Assembly (NCBI GenBank): GCA_965216875.1 | Contig: OZ244207.1 | Coordinates: 4,576,001-4,640,000 of the forward strand | Source of the DNA: Rubripirellula sp. | GTDB lineage: Bacteria; Planctomycetota; Planctomycetia; Pirellulales; Pirellulaceae | Direction: 5' to 3' | DNA: 64,000 nucleotides | Shown here: piece after piece, positions 56,431 to 64,000 of the stretch | Numbering within the stretch: the stretch's first letter is position 1 | Layout of the letters: each line of letters opens with the position of its first letter | Notes under the pieces: generated by a model | Told to the model about the DNA's origin: nothing | What the model saw: only the letters and a program-made list of their open reading frames with translations | Databases searched by the model: none | Position numbers and translations under genes: made by a program

Positions 56431-56871
56431 TCACGTCTGCTCACTCGCAGCCGATTCGTTTGAATGGGGTGACGCCGCTGCGGTGGTTGCGTCAGCCGCC
56501 AAAGAAGAGAGCTCGGACTCAAAGAGCTCGCGAAGATCTGCCGGCGACATCCCGCCAGCCAAGGCATCGGCAAGTGCGCGACGCACTCCCTCCGCCACCA
56601 AACTATTGCGTGCTTTGGTGCAACGGTTGACCGAGTCGCGGCGAACGACCATGCCGCGGCCACGCAACGGTTCGAGGACTCGGTCGGCCTGAAGCTGTTG
56701 GTACGCCCGGGCGATTGTGTTGGGGTTGATGGCGAGGTCGCCGGCAAGCTGCCGAACACTCGGCACCATCTGGCCACCAACCAACACCCCATCGGCGACA
56801 GCCAGCTTGATCTGACGCACGATCTGTTCGTAAATCGGAACGTCACCACTCGGATCGATGGAAAAAAACAT
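56431..56871 (-). CDS. GntR-family regulator, YtrA subfamily
   Basis: PIYEQIVRQI..PSVRQLAGDLAINPNTIARAYQQL..RGRG; short C-terminal domain; ABC genes downstream. Confidence 0.92.
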   Translation of the reverse strand: MFFSIDPSGDVPIYEQIVRQIKLAVADGVLVGGQMVPSVRQLAGDLAINPNTIARAYQQLQADRVLEPLRGRGMVVRRDSVNRCTKARNSLVAEGVRRALADALAGGMSPADLRELFESELSSLAADATTAAASPHSNESAASEQT

Positions 56872-56950
56872 CTCTCGAGCCTTTGGAGGAATCGAACCAA
56901 ATGCCGGCGCCGCTGCCTGGAAAACCTCAGCAATAAACGCCGTCACTCAC

Positions 56951-56992
56951 GTGTACTATCGAAATGGTACACCAGCACAGAGAAACAGTCAA
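56951..56992 (-). promoter_or_regulatory. Sigma70 promoter overlapped by a YtrA-type palindromic operator
   Basis: Minus strand TTGACT-N17-TACCAT; palindrome GTGTACTA-tcgaaa-TGGTACAC at 56951-56972. Confidence 0.75.
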
Positions 56993-57203
56993 CCGACAAT
57001 CGAGCCGCAAAAAATCGTGTGCTCGCATATACCCTCAACCGTGTCGATTAAGGGCGTGGTTGCGTCAGGGTCCTCTACCGGCGAAGTTGACTTGAGCCGT
57101 GATCGCGTAAGCGGCCGGGCCTACCACACGTACACAGTGTGCATGCCGGATCTGTGTCGCTGTCGCTCCTTGATCCGGCCTACGGCCAACCGACTGAGAT
57201 GAG

Positions 57204-57923
57204 ATGAACTTCCTTTCGCATTCCATTCCCTACTTCGACCAACCGCTGCTTGCGATTTCGACTGGCATCCCCGATTGGATGAGCGTGGTGGACCGCAAGA
57301 TTCGCGTGCGATCCAAGATGGCCGCCGAGCACGTAGGTTCGTCCGATCCGTCATTGGCCCAGGTCGCTGCGGGCGTGGTTCGCCACGTCGAAGATGACCG
57401 CTGGTTTCACGGCACGCGCGCGTTTGTCGAAACGAACATGCAACTCGCCGTCGAGATGCGAGACCGCTTGCCGGGCGATGCAGGATTTCGGCCAACCTTC
57501 ATCGGGCACATCCTGATCGAGATGATGCTCGATTCGTTTTTCCTTCGTGATCAGCCGGAACTGGGCGAGCGTTACTACGGTTCCTTTCAAGACGGGGTCG
57601 CAGAAGAAATCGAACGCTGCGTCAACCAAATCACCGGCAAGCCTACCGACAAACTCGCCGAGGTGATCCATCGCTACGTCGAGCACAAGTTCCTTTACGA
57701 CTATGCTGACTTCGATCGTCTGCATTGGCGTCTGAATCGAATCTGCGTGCGTGTGAAGTTGCCGGAGCTTCCCGAAGAAATCCGAGGGTGGCTGCCACAG
57801 GCGGCCAACTTGGTAGAATCACGTCGCGTCGAACTCATGACGCCTCCTGACCCCTCATTTCCGCACGCGAAACTGCTTCCGCCTGAGAACGAGTTTCCGG
57901 ACGCGAAACAGCCCTCCAACTAG
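57204..57923 (+). CDS. Hypothetical protein, possibly AcpH/ACP-phosphodiesterase-like metalloenzyme
   Basis: Starts MNFLSH; PD, RHVEDDRWFH and HILIEMMLD are potential metal ligands. Confidence 0.65.
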   Translation: MNFLSHSIPYFDQPLLAISTGIPDWMSVVDRKIRVRSKMAAEHVGSSDPSLAQVAAGVVRHVEDDRWFHGTRAFVETNMQLAVEMRDRLPGDAGFRPTFIGHILIEMMLDSFFLRDQPELGERYYGSFQDGVAEEIERCVNQITGKPTDKLAEVIHRYVEHKFLYDYADFDRLHWRLNRICVRVKLPELPEEIRGWLPQAANLVESRRVELMTPPDPSFPHAKLLPPENEFPDAKQPSN

Positions 57924-57947
57924 CCCAATACGAGACGACTGATCGCC

Positions 57948-58793
57948 ATGAAATATGGAATGAACCTGCTGCTGTGGTCCGGCGAAGTGACCGACGAAAT
58001 GCTGCCCGTTTGCGAGCAGCTCAAGAACGCTGGTTACGACGGCGTCGAGCTTCCAATGTTCAATTTGGATCTTGACTACGCGGCCCTTGGCAAGCAATTG
58101 GATGATCTCGGGCTGGCACGTACCGCCGTGACGATTCGCGGTGAAGAGGACAACCCGATTTCGCCCGATGCCGCCGTGCGTGCCAAGGGTGTCGAGCTGA
58201 CCAAAAAGACACTCGATTGCTGTGCCGCTGCGGGCGTCGAAAACTTGGTCGGCCCCTATCACAGTGCCCTTGGTTTGTTCAGCGGAGCCGGCCCTACCGA
58301 AGATGAATGGAAGTGGGGCGTCGAGAGCATGCGTGCCGTTGCCGAACACGCTGGCAGTGTTGGCGTCAAACTTGGCGTCGAAGCGCTCAATCGCTTCGAG
58401 TGTTACTTCCTCAACACTCACGCCGACTCGGCACGATTCGCACGCGACGTCGACCACCCAGCCTGCGGGATGATGTACGACACGTTCCACGCCAACATCG
58501 AAGAAAAAAGCGTCACCGAAGCGGTGAAAGCTGGCGGCGACAAGCTGTTCCACATTCACATCAGCGAAAACGATCGCAGCACGCCAGGCGAAGGTGCCGT
58601 TCGCTGGGACGAGAACTTTGACGCGATCACCAGTTGCGGCTATGACGGCTGGCTCGTGATCGAAGCGTTCGGCTTGGCACTGCCCGAAATTGCGGCGGCT
58701 ACCAAAATCTGGCGGCGCATGTACAAAGATGAAATCACGCTTGCCACCGAAGGCTTGAAGTTCATGAAGGACGCGATTGAAAAGCGTTCGTAA
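57948..58793 (+). CDS. Sugar isomerase/epimerase, D-tagatose/D-psicose 3-epimerase family
   Basis: GYDGVELP; VEALNRFE; YDTFHANIEE; HIHISENDRSTPG; VIEAF. Confidence 0.9.
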   Translation: MKYGMNLLLWSGEVTDEMLPVCEQLKNAGYDGVELPMFNLDLDYAALGKQLDDLGLARTAVTIRGEEDNPISPDAAVRAKGVELTKKTLDCCAAAGVENLVGPYHSALGLFSGAGPTEDEWKWGVESMRAVAEHAGSVGVKLGVEALNRFECYFLNTHADSARFARDVDHPACGMMYDTFHANIEEKSVTEAVKAGGDKLFHIHISENDRSTPGEGAVRWDENFDAITSCGYDGWLVIEAFGLALPEIAAATKIWRRMYKDEITLATEGLKFMKDAIEKRS

Positions 58794-58835
58794 CTTATTA
58801 GTCGCCGTCACGAAGGTTGACGGTCATGTCCAAAG

Positions 58836-59198
58836 ATGAATGAATCGTCGCAACAGTCATCGCCAGAAGGAATGGTCTTGTTCCTCTCTGGCGATTTGAT
58901 TTTCGCTTCACGGGTAAAGGGAGCCGCCCAGCATGCCGGCTTCGATTTTGCACTTCGCGGCTCGATGCCCGACAGTGACACCGAATCGATCCGTTATGTG
59001 ATCCTGGACCTTGCCACGCTAAGCAGCCAAACCGAATCGTTGATGGCGGTCTGCGCCGAACGCTGCCCCGAGGCCGAAGTGATCGCGTTTGGACCGCATG
59101 TCCAAGTCGTCAAACTCGCTGCTGCAAGGGACGCCGGGATTCCCACCGTGCTGACCCGCAGCCAATTCGACACCAAGCTGTCGACGCTGTTTGTTTGA
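58836..59198 (+). CDS. Single-domain atypical response-regulator receiver-like protein
   Basis: DLIFASRV, VILDL, IAFGPHV, AARDAG, VLTRSQF. Confidence 0.7.
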   Translation: MNESSQQSSPEGMVLFLSGDLIFASRVKGAAQHAGFDFALRGSMPDSDTESIRYVILDLATLSSQTESLMAVCAERCPEAEVIAFGPHVQVVKLAAARDAGIPTVLTRSQFDTKLSTLFV

Positions 59199-59203
59199 CA
59201 ACC

Positions 59204-59445
59204 GTAGGTCATGCTCCGCATGACAATCTGCCGGTTCTTCAAAACACCACCGAGCCGAGAAGACGAGTACGAGTACCGCTCGGCTGAGTACGAGCACGAA
59301 CCAATTGGCTCGATCAACGCCGCGCGTTTTCTCGCTCCGTGGTCTCTGTGCCCTCGGTGGCTCCCCAAAAGACTTAGAAAGCCCGGCCGCTGACGCGATC
59401 GCGACTCACCATGAGCGGAAGACGCTCGCCGCCGGCGCCCCATCC
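59204..59445. repeat. REP mosaic
   Basis: GTAGGTCATGCTCCGCATGAC; GAGTACGAGTACCGCTCGGCTGAGTACGAGCACGAA; AAGCCCGGCCGCTGACGCGATCGCGACTCAC. Confidence 0.8.
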
Positions 59446-59463
59446 TGAACGGCGAACCTCAAA

Positions 59464-60678
59464 TCACGGATCGCGTCGGAGATCACCGTCGTAGCTCGTG
59501 AGTTTTGACGCAAAGTAACTGCGCCATGCTTTTTCGTTGTAACTAAAGTTCTGGTCCGGTTCGATCATGGTCAACAGCGACAGGACGGCGGGGTTTTGCT
59601 TTTTGATCGGGATCACGATCTTCTTGGATCCTTGCGAAAACGAACCGCCGCCATCTTGGCTAAACCCAGCCTGTGTCCCGCCGCCACCCTGAACGATCTC
59701 CTTATTGTGCGTGGTCACCAGCGCCTCAGTGTAGGTCATCGCAAGCTCGGGATCCGGGAACCATGAAAGGGCCCGCGCGGCGCGATTGATCAACGCGTTG
59801 TCTTTGCTCTTGAGCATCGGCAAGTAGGTCGCGACCGCTGAAGTTGCACCAAAGACCTGAAGCTCTTTCAGCGCCGCTTCACGGACCGTCGAATCGGGTT
59901 CGTCGATCCCGGCTTTGACCAAGGCACGAACGGATCGCGAAGTCTTGAATCGACCGAGAAGCTTGACCCACAACAAACGCAAGCTTCGACTTTGCGTCTT
60001 GCTGCCGCGGGATCGATCGAGTTGCTGGGCGATGGCATCGGAAGCCAGCGGGTCCTCGATCGCATTCAACACTGCCAACGCGTCCGCGCTCTTGCTTGAC
60101 CCTCTGATGATGACAGCGGTCTGCCGTCCCACTTCTTTGACCCAACGCTTTGCAGCGACCTGCGCTTCATCCTCGGCCTTCATGCGCACGACCGCTTCAG
60201 GTAGCTGCCATTGGCGGCGGTAATAAACCATCCCTCGCTTCTTCATGAGGTCGGCCTTTTGAATCCACTGGCCCTTTTGGTTCTTGATGTATTCAAGGTT
60301 GGCTCGAGCATCCGCGTGGTCAGGATCAAGCTCGATGGCGCGCAACATGTGGTACCGCTTGTATTGCGCCGCCTCGCCAGGAAACCCCTCCACCTTCATA
60401 CACCAGACACCAAGCTGGTAGTGCCGCTGAGGGTCATCACCCACTTGCTCGAGTGCATCGAGATAGGGTTTCAAACGTGACGACTCCACCGAGCGTAGCA
60501 CTCGCTTCTCGGGCACAAAAACGCGCAGATCATCATCGAGCTGAACGGCCACCGTTCGACTCTCGGCATCGCGCGTAACCTCTCCACTCAAGTGCCCACC
60601 ACCGGAAAGTTCGACGGTATCAGCGGCTGCCAGCCGTGTGGCGGCCAAGACCAAGCAGGTGAGGACGAGTCGATTCAT
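59464..60678 (-). CDS. Secreted HEAT-repeat-containing protein
   Basis: Signal peptide followed by DTVELSGGGHLSG; AIELDPDHADARANL; HEAT-like EPDSTVREAALKEL and INRAARAL. Confidence 0.8.
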   Translation of the reverse strand: MNRLVLTCLVLAATRLAAADTVELSGGGHLSGEVTRDAESRTVAVQLDDDLRVFVPEKRVLRSVESSRLKPYLDALEQVGDDPQRHYQLGVWCMKVEGFPGEAAQYKRYHMLRAIELDPDHADARANLEYIKNQKGQWIQKADLMKKRGMVYYRRQWQLPEAVVRMKAEDEAQVAAKRWVKEVGRQTAVIIRGSSKSADALAVLNAIEDPLASDAIAQQLDRSRGSKTQSRSLRLLWVKLLGRFKTSRSVRALVKAGIDEPDSTVREAALKELQVFGATSAVATYLPMLKSKDNALINRAARALSWFPDPELAMTYTEALVTTHNKEIVQGGGGTQAGFSQDGGGSFSQGSKKIVIPIKKQNPAVLSLLTMIEPDQNFSYNEKAWRSYFASKLTSYDGDLRRDP

Positions 60679-60839
60679 GACAAGTTGGTCCGAGAAAAAT
60701 AGGACTTTTTTGACGAGCTCCCTTTCCAATTTACCTGCCCCTGCCACATCTGGGACGGCCAAAATCGCCCCACAGACCGACATTCAGCCCTGCAATGCTC
60801 AAAATCGGTGGCGCCCACCCAACCCAACGGCCGATGAAC

Positions 60840-60871
60840 ATACTTGACTAAACCGATCCACTTTCTAGCAT
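60840..60871 (+). promoter_or_regulatory. Putative promoter and Rrf2-type operator for cysH and the CymR-like gene
   Basis: TTGACT-N16-TAGCAT; overlapping 25-mer ATACTTGACTAAACCGATCCACTTT resembles the IscR type-1 box. Confidence 0.55.
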
Positions 60872-60907
60872 TTGTTCAAATCAGCCGCTTTTTGCTGGGA
60901 AATTGCG

Positions 60908-61762
60908 ATGGCCGCTCTCCCCAATCCCCGACAGCCCAAATCGATGGATCAATCGCCCAAGCCGGACCGCGCCTCCGAGAAATCGAAGTCGACACCTCCG
61001 CTGCAAGTTCTCTCACCCGATTCGGACGAGCCGCGCGGGGCACTGGCAGCCGATCCTCCGCTGCACCCAACCGACGAATTGCTCGCTGAACTCCAGCGGG
61101 ACAGTGACCAATTGGAAAAGGCGACGCCGCAAGAGATCTTGAAGTACGCGATCGATCGCTTTGCGCCAAAGTTCACGATGGCCACCGCCTTCGGTCCGGA
61201 AGGGATGACGATCATCCACATGTTGTCCGAGATCGCCCCAGAGACTCCGATTTTCAATTTGGAGACGGGTTATCAGTTCGAAGAGACCCTTGCGCTGCGT
61301 GAGAAAGTCAAAGAGCGTTACGGGATCGAGGTCGAATACAAGTATCCCGAGTTGACGGTCGAACAATACGAAGCGGCCAACGGTGGCCCAGTCTACAAGT
61401 CGAACCCAAACCAATGCTGCTTTGATCGCAAACTCAAAGTGTTGCATGAGTCAGCGAAGGGACAACATGCTTGGGCCAGCGCGATTCGCCGCGACCAGAG
61501 CCCCGATCGGGCGAAAGCGCCAATCGTTGGTTGGGACCGAAAGTTTCAACTCGTCAAAATCAGTCCGCTTGCAAACTGGACCAAGAAAGAAGTCTGGGGA
61601 CTGATCAGCGAAAAGAAGATCCCTTACAACCCGCTGCACGACCAAGGTTACATGAGCGTCGGATGCTGGCCCTGCACGCGCGCCACTCAGCCAGGTGAAG
61701 ATGAACGAGCAGGCCGCTGGAGTGGGTTTCAGAAGACCGAATGCGGCTTGCACTCTTCGTGA
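60908..61762 (+). CDS. cysH: APS/PAPS reductase with Fe-S-type Cys motifs
   Basis: ATAFG, LETGYQFEET, CCFDRK, AIRRDQS, YNPLHDQGYMSVGCWPCT, ERAGRW, ECGLH. Confidence 0.93.
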   Translation: MAALPNPRQPKSMDQSPKPDRASEKSKSTPPLQVLSPDSDEPRGALAADPPLHPTDELLAELQRDSDQLEKATPQEILKYAIDRFAPKFTMATAFGPEGMTIIHMLSEIAPETPIFNLETGYQFEETLALREKVKERYGIEVEYKYPELTVEQYEAANGGPVYKSNPNQCCFDRKLKVLHESAKGQHAWASAIRRDQSPDRAKAPIVGWDRKFQLVKISPLANWTKKEVWGLISEKKIPYNPLHDQGYMSVGCWPCTRATQPGEDERAGRWSGFQKTECGLHSS

Positions 61763-61780
61763 TCGAGCGGGGAGCGAACG

Positions 61781-62206
61781 ATGATGATCTCAGCACGTGT
61801 TCATTACGCATCGCTGGCTATGCTTGATCTTGCCATGCGCGATGACCAAGCGACTCCCGTTGCGGCGAGCGAAATCACCCAGCGGCATGGCATTCCTGGT
61901 CCTTTCCTCGTCCAGATCTTGCGGACACTGCGGACCGCAGGCTGGGTGCAGAGTATTCGTGGAAGTCAGGGCGGCTACCGACTCGCGGTCAGCCCCGAAC
62001 AGATCACGCTACTGGACATTGCCGAAGTCGTCGGCGGTGCCGAGGCGGGCTGTCAGACCGAAACAACCGAAACGCCCGCCGACAAAATGTTGCAAGGAGT
62101 TTGGGACACCGCGCTTGAATCCTCCCGCCGCGTCCTCGCTGACGCCAAGCTAAGCGACTTGGTCGAACGGTGTCGCCACGGCGACGAAACGATGTTCTAC
62201 ATCTAG
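61781..62206 (+). CDS. Rrf2-family transcriptional regulator, CymR-like
   Basis: FLVQILRTLRTAGWVQSIRGSQGGYRL; ITLLDI; C-terminal MFYI; lacks the IscR three-Cys motif. Confidence 0.88.
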   Translation: MMISARVHYASLAMLDLAMRDDQATPVAASEITQRHGIPGPFLVQILRTLRTAGWVQSIRGSQGGYRLAVSPEQITLLDIAEVVGGAEAGCQTETTETPADKMLQGVWDTALESSRRVLADAKLSDLVERCRHGDETMFYI

Positions 62207-62239
62207 GTTGTCAGCACTTCGAAAGCGGCAGCTTAGGCC

Positions 62240-62560
62240 CGTGAGCCGCTGGCCGTGAGGCCTCAGGCCCTGCGCTGGCCACCGGTTCTTTAATTGCCAC
62301 CGAGCACGACGACGAGCACGAGCACCGCTTTGCTGAGCACGAGCACGAGCACGAGCACGAATCGTTTGTTGACGCTCCGTGCCCTCCGTGCCGTCAGTGC
62401 CCTCAGTGGCTTCATTGAAATCCCAGAAGGCCCGGCCGACTACACGAGTCGTTTGCTTACGCTCCGTGAACTCTGTGCTCTCTGTGGCTTTACTAGATGA
62501 AACCCAAAAAGGCCTCCGCGGTCGCGGCTCAGGTGGCTGTCATGCAGAGGCATGACCTAC
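62240..62560. repeat. REP mosaic with GAGCAC hexamer runs
   Basis: GTGAGCCGCTGGCCGTGAGGCC; GAGCACGAGCACCGCTTTGCT(GAGCAC)x4; GTCATGCAGAGGCATGACCTAC. Confidence 0.8.
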
Positions 62561-62561
62561 A

Positions 62562-64000
62562 TCACTCTTCGCTCGCTACCACTTCGGTCTCGAATTCGTC
62601 GGCTTCCTCGGTTTCTTCATCTTGTTCGCGATGGTAGGTCCGAAGCGGACGTGGAAGGGGATCAAACGCGAGTTGACAATCGAGAATCTGTTTCTCTTTG
62701 CTCATTCGGAGAACGTTCACGACGTCGCCGTACTTCGCGCCCACGTTGGAAATTGCGGCGACGACCGAGACCACAGTTGGGCCTGCCATCGCTCGCTTGT
62801 CTTCTTGATCTGGTGCGAAACGGCTGACGCGAATTTGGCCCGGTTCGGTCGAATCGGCAACCAACATCACACCGTTCGTATTGATCACTTCGCTCAAGTC
62901 GAAAGCGGGCACATCGCCAAAGAGCACAACCTCGGCGTTTTCACGTAGCGAGATGACCACGGCTGGTGGCGCGGTGGAATCGATTTGGAACAAATCGAGC
63001 TCGCCCAAGCGACGCCCAATCAAATGGCTTCGCGCATCGTCGCGGCTGCGTAACGCAACGAATGCTCCGTAGCGTGTCTCCAAACTTGCCTCGTCCATCA
63101 ATCGCTTCAGCGCCGAAACCGCTTCGAAGCGAGGCATTTGTTGGAGTGCCAACAGGGCATCATGGCGAAACGCGGCTTCACTTCGCGCAGCTTCTTCAAG
63201 TGGCTCGACCGCTTCGGGCCGATCCAAATAAGCAAGTGCCTCGGCTGCATAGAACCTCAGTTCGGGGTTCGACGACTCGATGCCACTCAGCAGCGTCGGA
63301 ATTGCGTTCTCGCCGATGGCTTCGAGTTGCAACGCGGCATCCGCTGCCGTTGCAGGGCTGCTCAATCGCTCGGACAAATCTTCGAGCCGCGCTTGTGATT
63401 CAGCAGCGTTGCCATTGACCTTGATGGATCGGATTACCGCCATCAGTCGATAGATGTTCTCGCGGTAGCGTGGATGCAAATCGATTTCGATGAAATCATC
63501 CTCGAGCGCCCTGGCAATCCCGCGCCGTGAGGTTCCATCAAAAAAGAAGAATCGTCGATTGACCGCTGCGGCCAGTTCGGCTGAGAGTTTTGCGTGTTCG
63601 TATTCGGGTCGCAACACAAGTCCAAGCTTGCGAGACATTTGAACGGTGCCTCCGCCAAGGATCGTACCTTCGACGCGAAGCGCTTCATCGTTTCCTGGTT
63701 CAAAGTCAGCTCGGGTCAAAACCGTTCCCTGACCCACCACCATCACATCACTTTTTCGAACCTGGCCCTTGATGCGTTGTTGGTGGCGCAATCGTGACTT
63801 GAGCATCTTGCCGCCATGCAAGTCAGCGACCTTGCTGCCTGCTGGCGAGAGAACTCGGATGTCAACCAAGTCGCGACGCTGTGCACCGGGCGGAATGATC
63901 GCTCGGATTCGAACCAGCGCCGTGTCGGGTTGTTCCAACACCAAGTTCGGGCTGGGGATATCATCGCGCTTAAGCTCGTCCACTAACTGATCGCGAAAGA
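62562..64000 (-). CDS. FlgI (flagellar P-ring)-like protein with C-terminal HEAT repeats; 5' end outside the window
   Basis: TALVRIRAIIPPGAQRRDLVDIRV..ADLHGGKML resembles the FlgI N-region; HEAT-like LRFYAAEALAYL; frame stays open to the window edge. Confidence 0.7.
   Translation of the reverse strand, partial: FRDQLVDELKRDDIPSPNLVLEQPDTALVRIRAIIPPGAQRRDLVDIRVLSPAGSKVADLHGGKMLKSRLRHQQRIKGQVRKSDVMVVGQGTVLTRADFEPGNDEALRVEGTILGGGTVQMSRKLGLVLRPEYEHAKLSAELAAAVNRRFFFFDGTSRRGIARALEDDFIEIDLHPRYRENIYRLMAVIRSIKVNGNAAESQARLEDLSERLSSPATAADAALQLEAIGENAIPTLLSGIESSNPELRFYAAEALAYLDRPEAVEPLEEAARSEAAFRHDALLALQQMPRFEAVSALKRLMDEASLETRYGAFVALRSRDDARSHLIGRRLGELDLFQIDSTAPPAVVISLRENAEVVLFGDVPAFDLSEVINTNGVMLVADSTEPGQIRVSRFAPDQEDKRAMAGPTVVSVVAAISNVGAKYGDVVNVLRMSKEKQILDCQLAFDPLPRPLRTYHREQDEETEEADEFETEVVASEE

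Overview
Chromosomal window of a planctomycete, most likely Pirellulaceae. This is inferred from the Planctomycete-extracellular motif in a cadherin/dockerin protein, a FlgI-like paralog, and dense GTAG-type REP repeats; GC is moderately high by eye. About 40 CDS are supported. They include a FAAL-ACP fusion cut by the left edge, an AsnB-like ligase, a stand-alone WYL protein, dnaE, a DoxX plus Tat-oxidoreductase pair, xerC, lptF/G, and a 7-gene V/A-type ATPase operon in the unusual order B-D-I-K-E-C(DUF2764)-A. Further on are a 1925-aa polytopic membrane protein divergent from a Ser/Thr kinase, a TolC-family protein, a complete IS1380-family element, a sulfatase/GH16/beta-helix cluster, a YtrA-type GntR-ABC operon, cysH with a CymR-like regulator, and a FlgI-like gene cut by the right edge. 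The best sequence-level observations are: (1) an IS1380 element inserted exactly into the CTAG centre of a REP, with the empty site reconstructable; (2) a promoter-driven structured RNA candidate between dnaE and doxX; (3) the circularly permuted V-ATPase operon with an altered ion-binding motif; (4) a 4 x 127-bp tandem REP-doublet array; (5) readable operators for the YtrA and CymR-like regulators. No tRNA, rRNA or CRISPR array was seen. All family assignments come from motif recognition by eye, not database searches.
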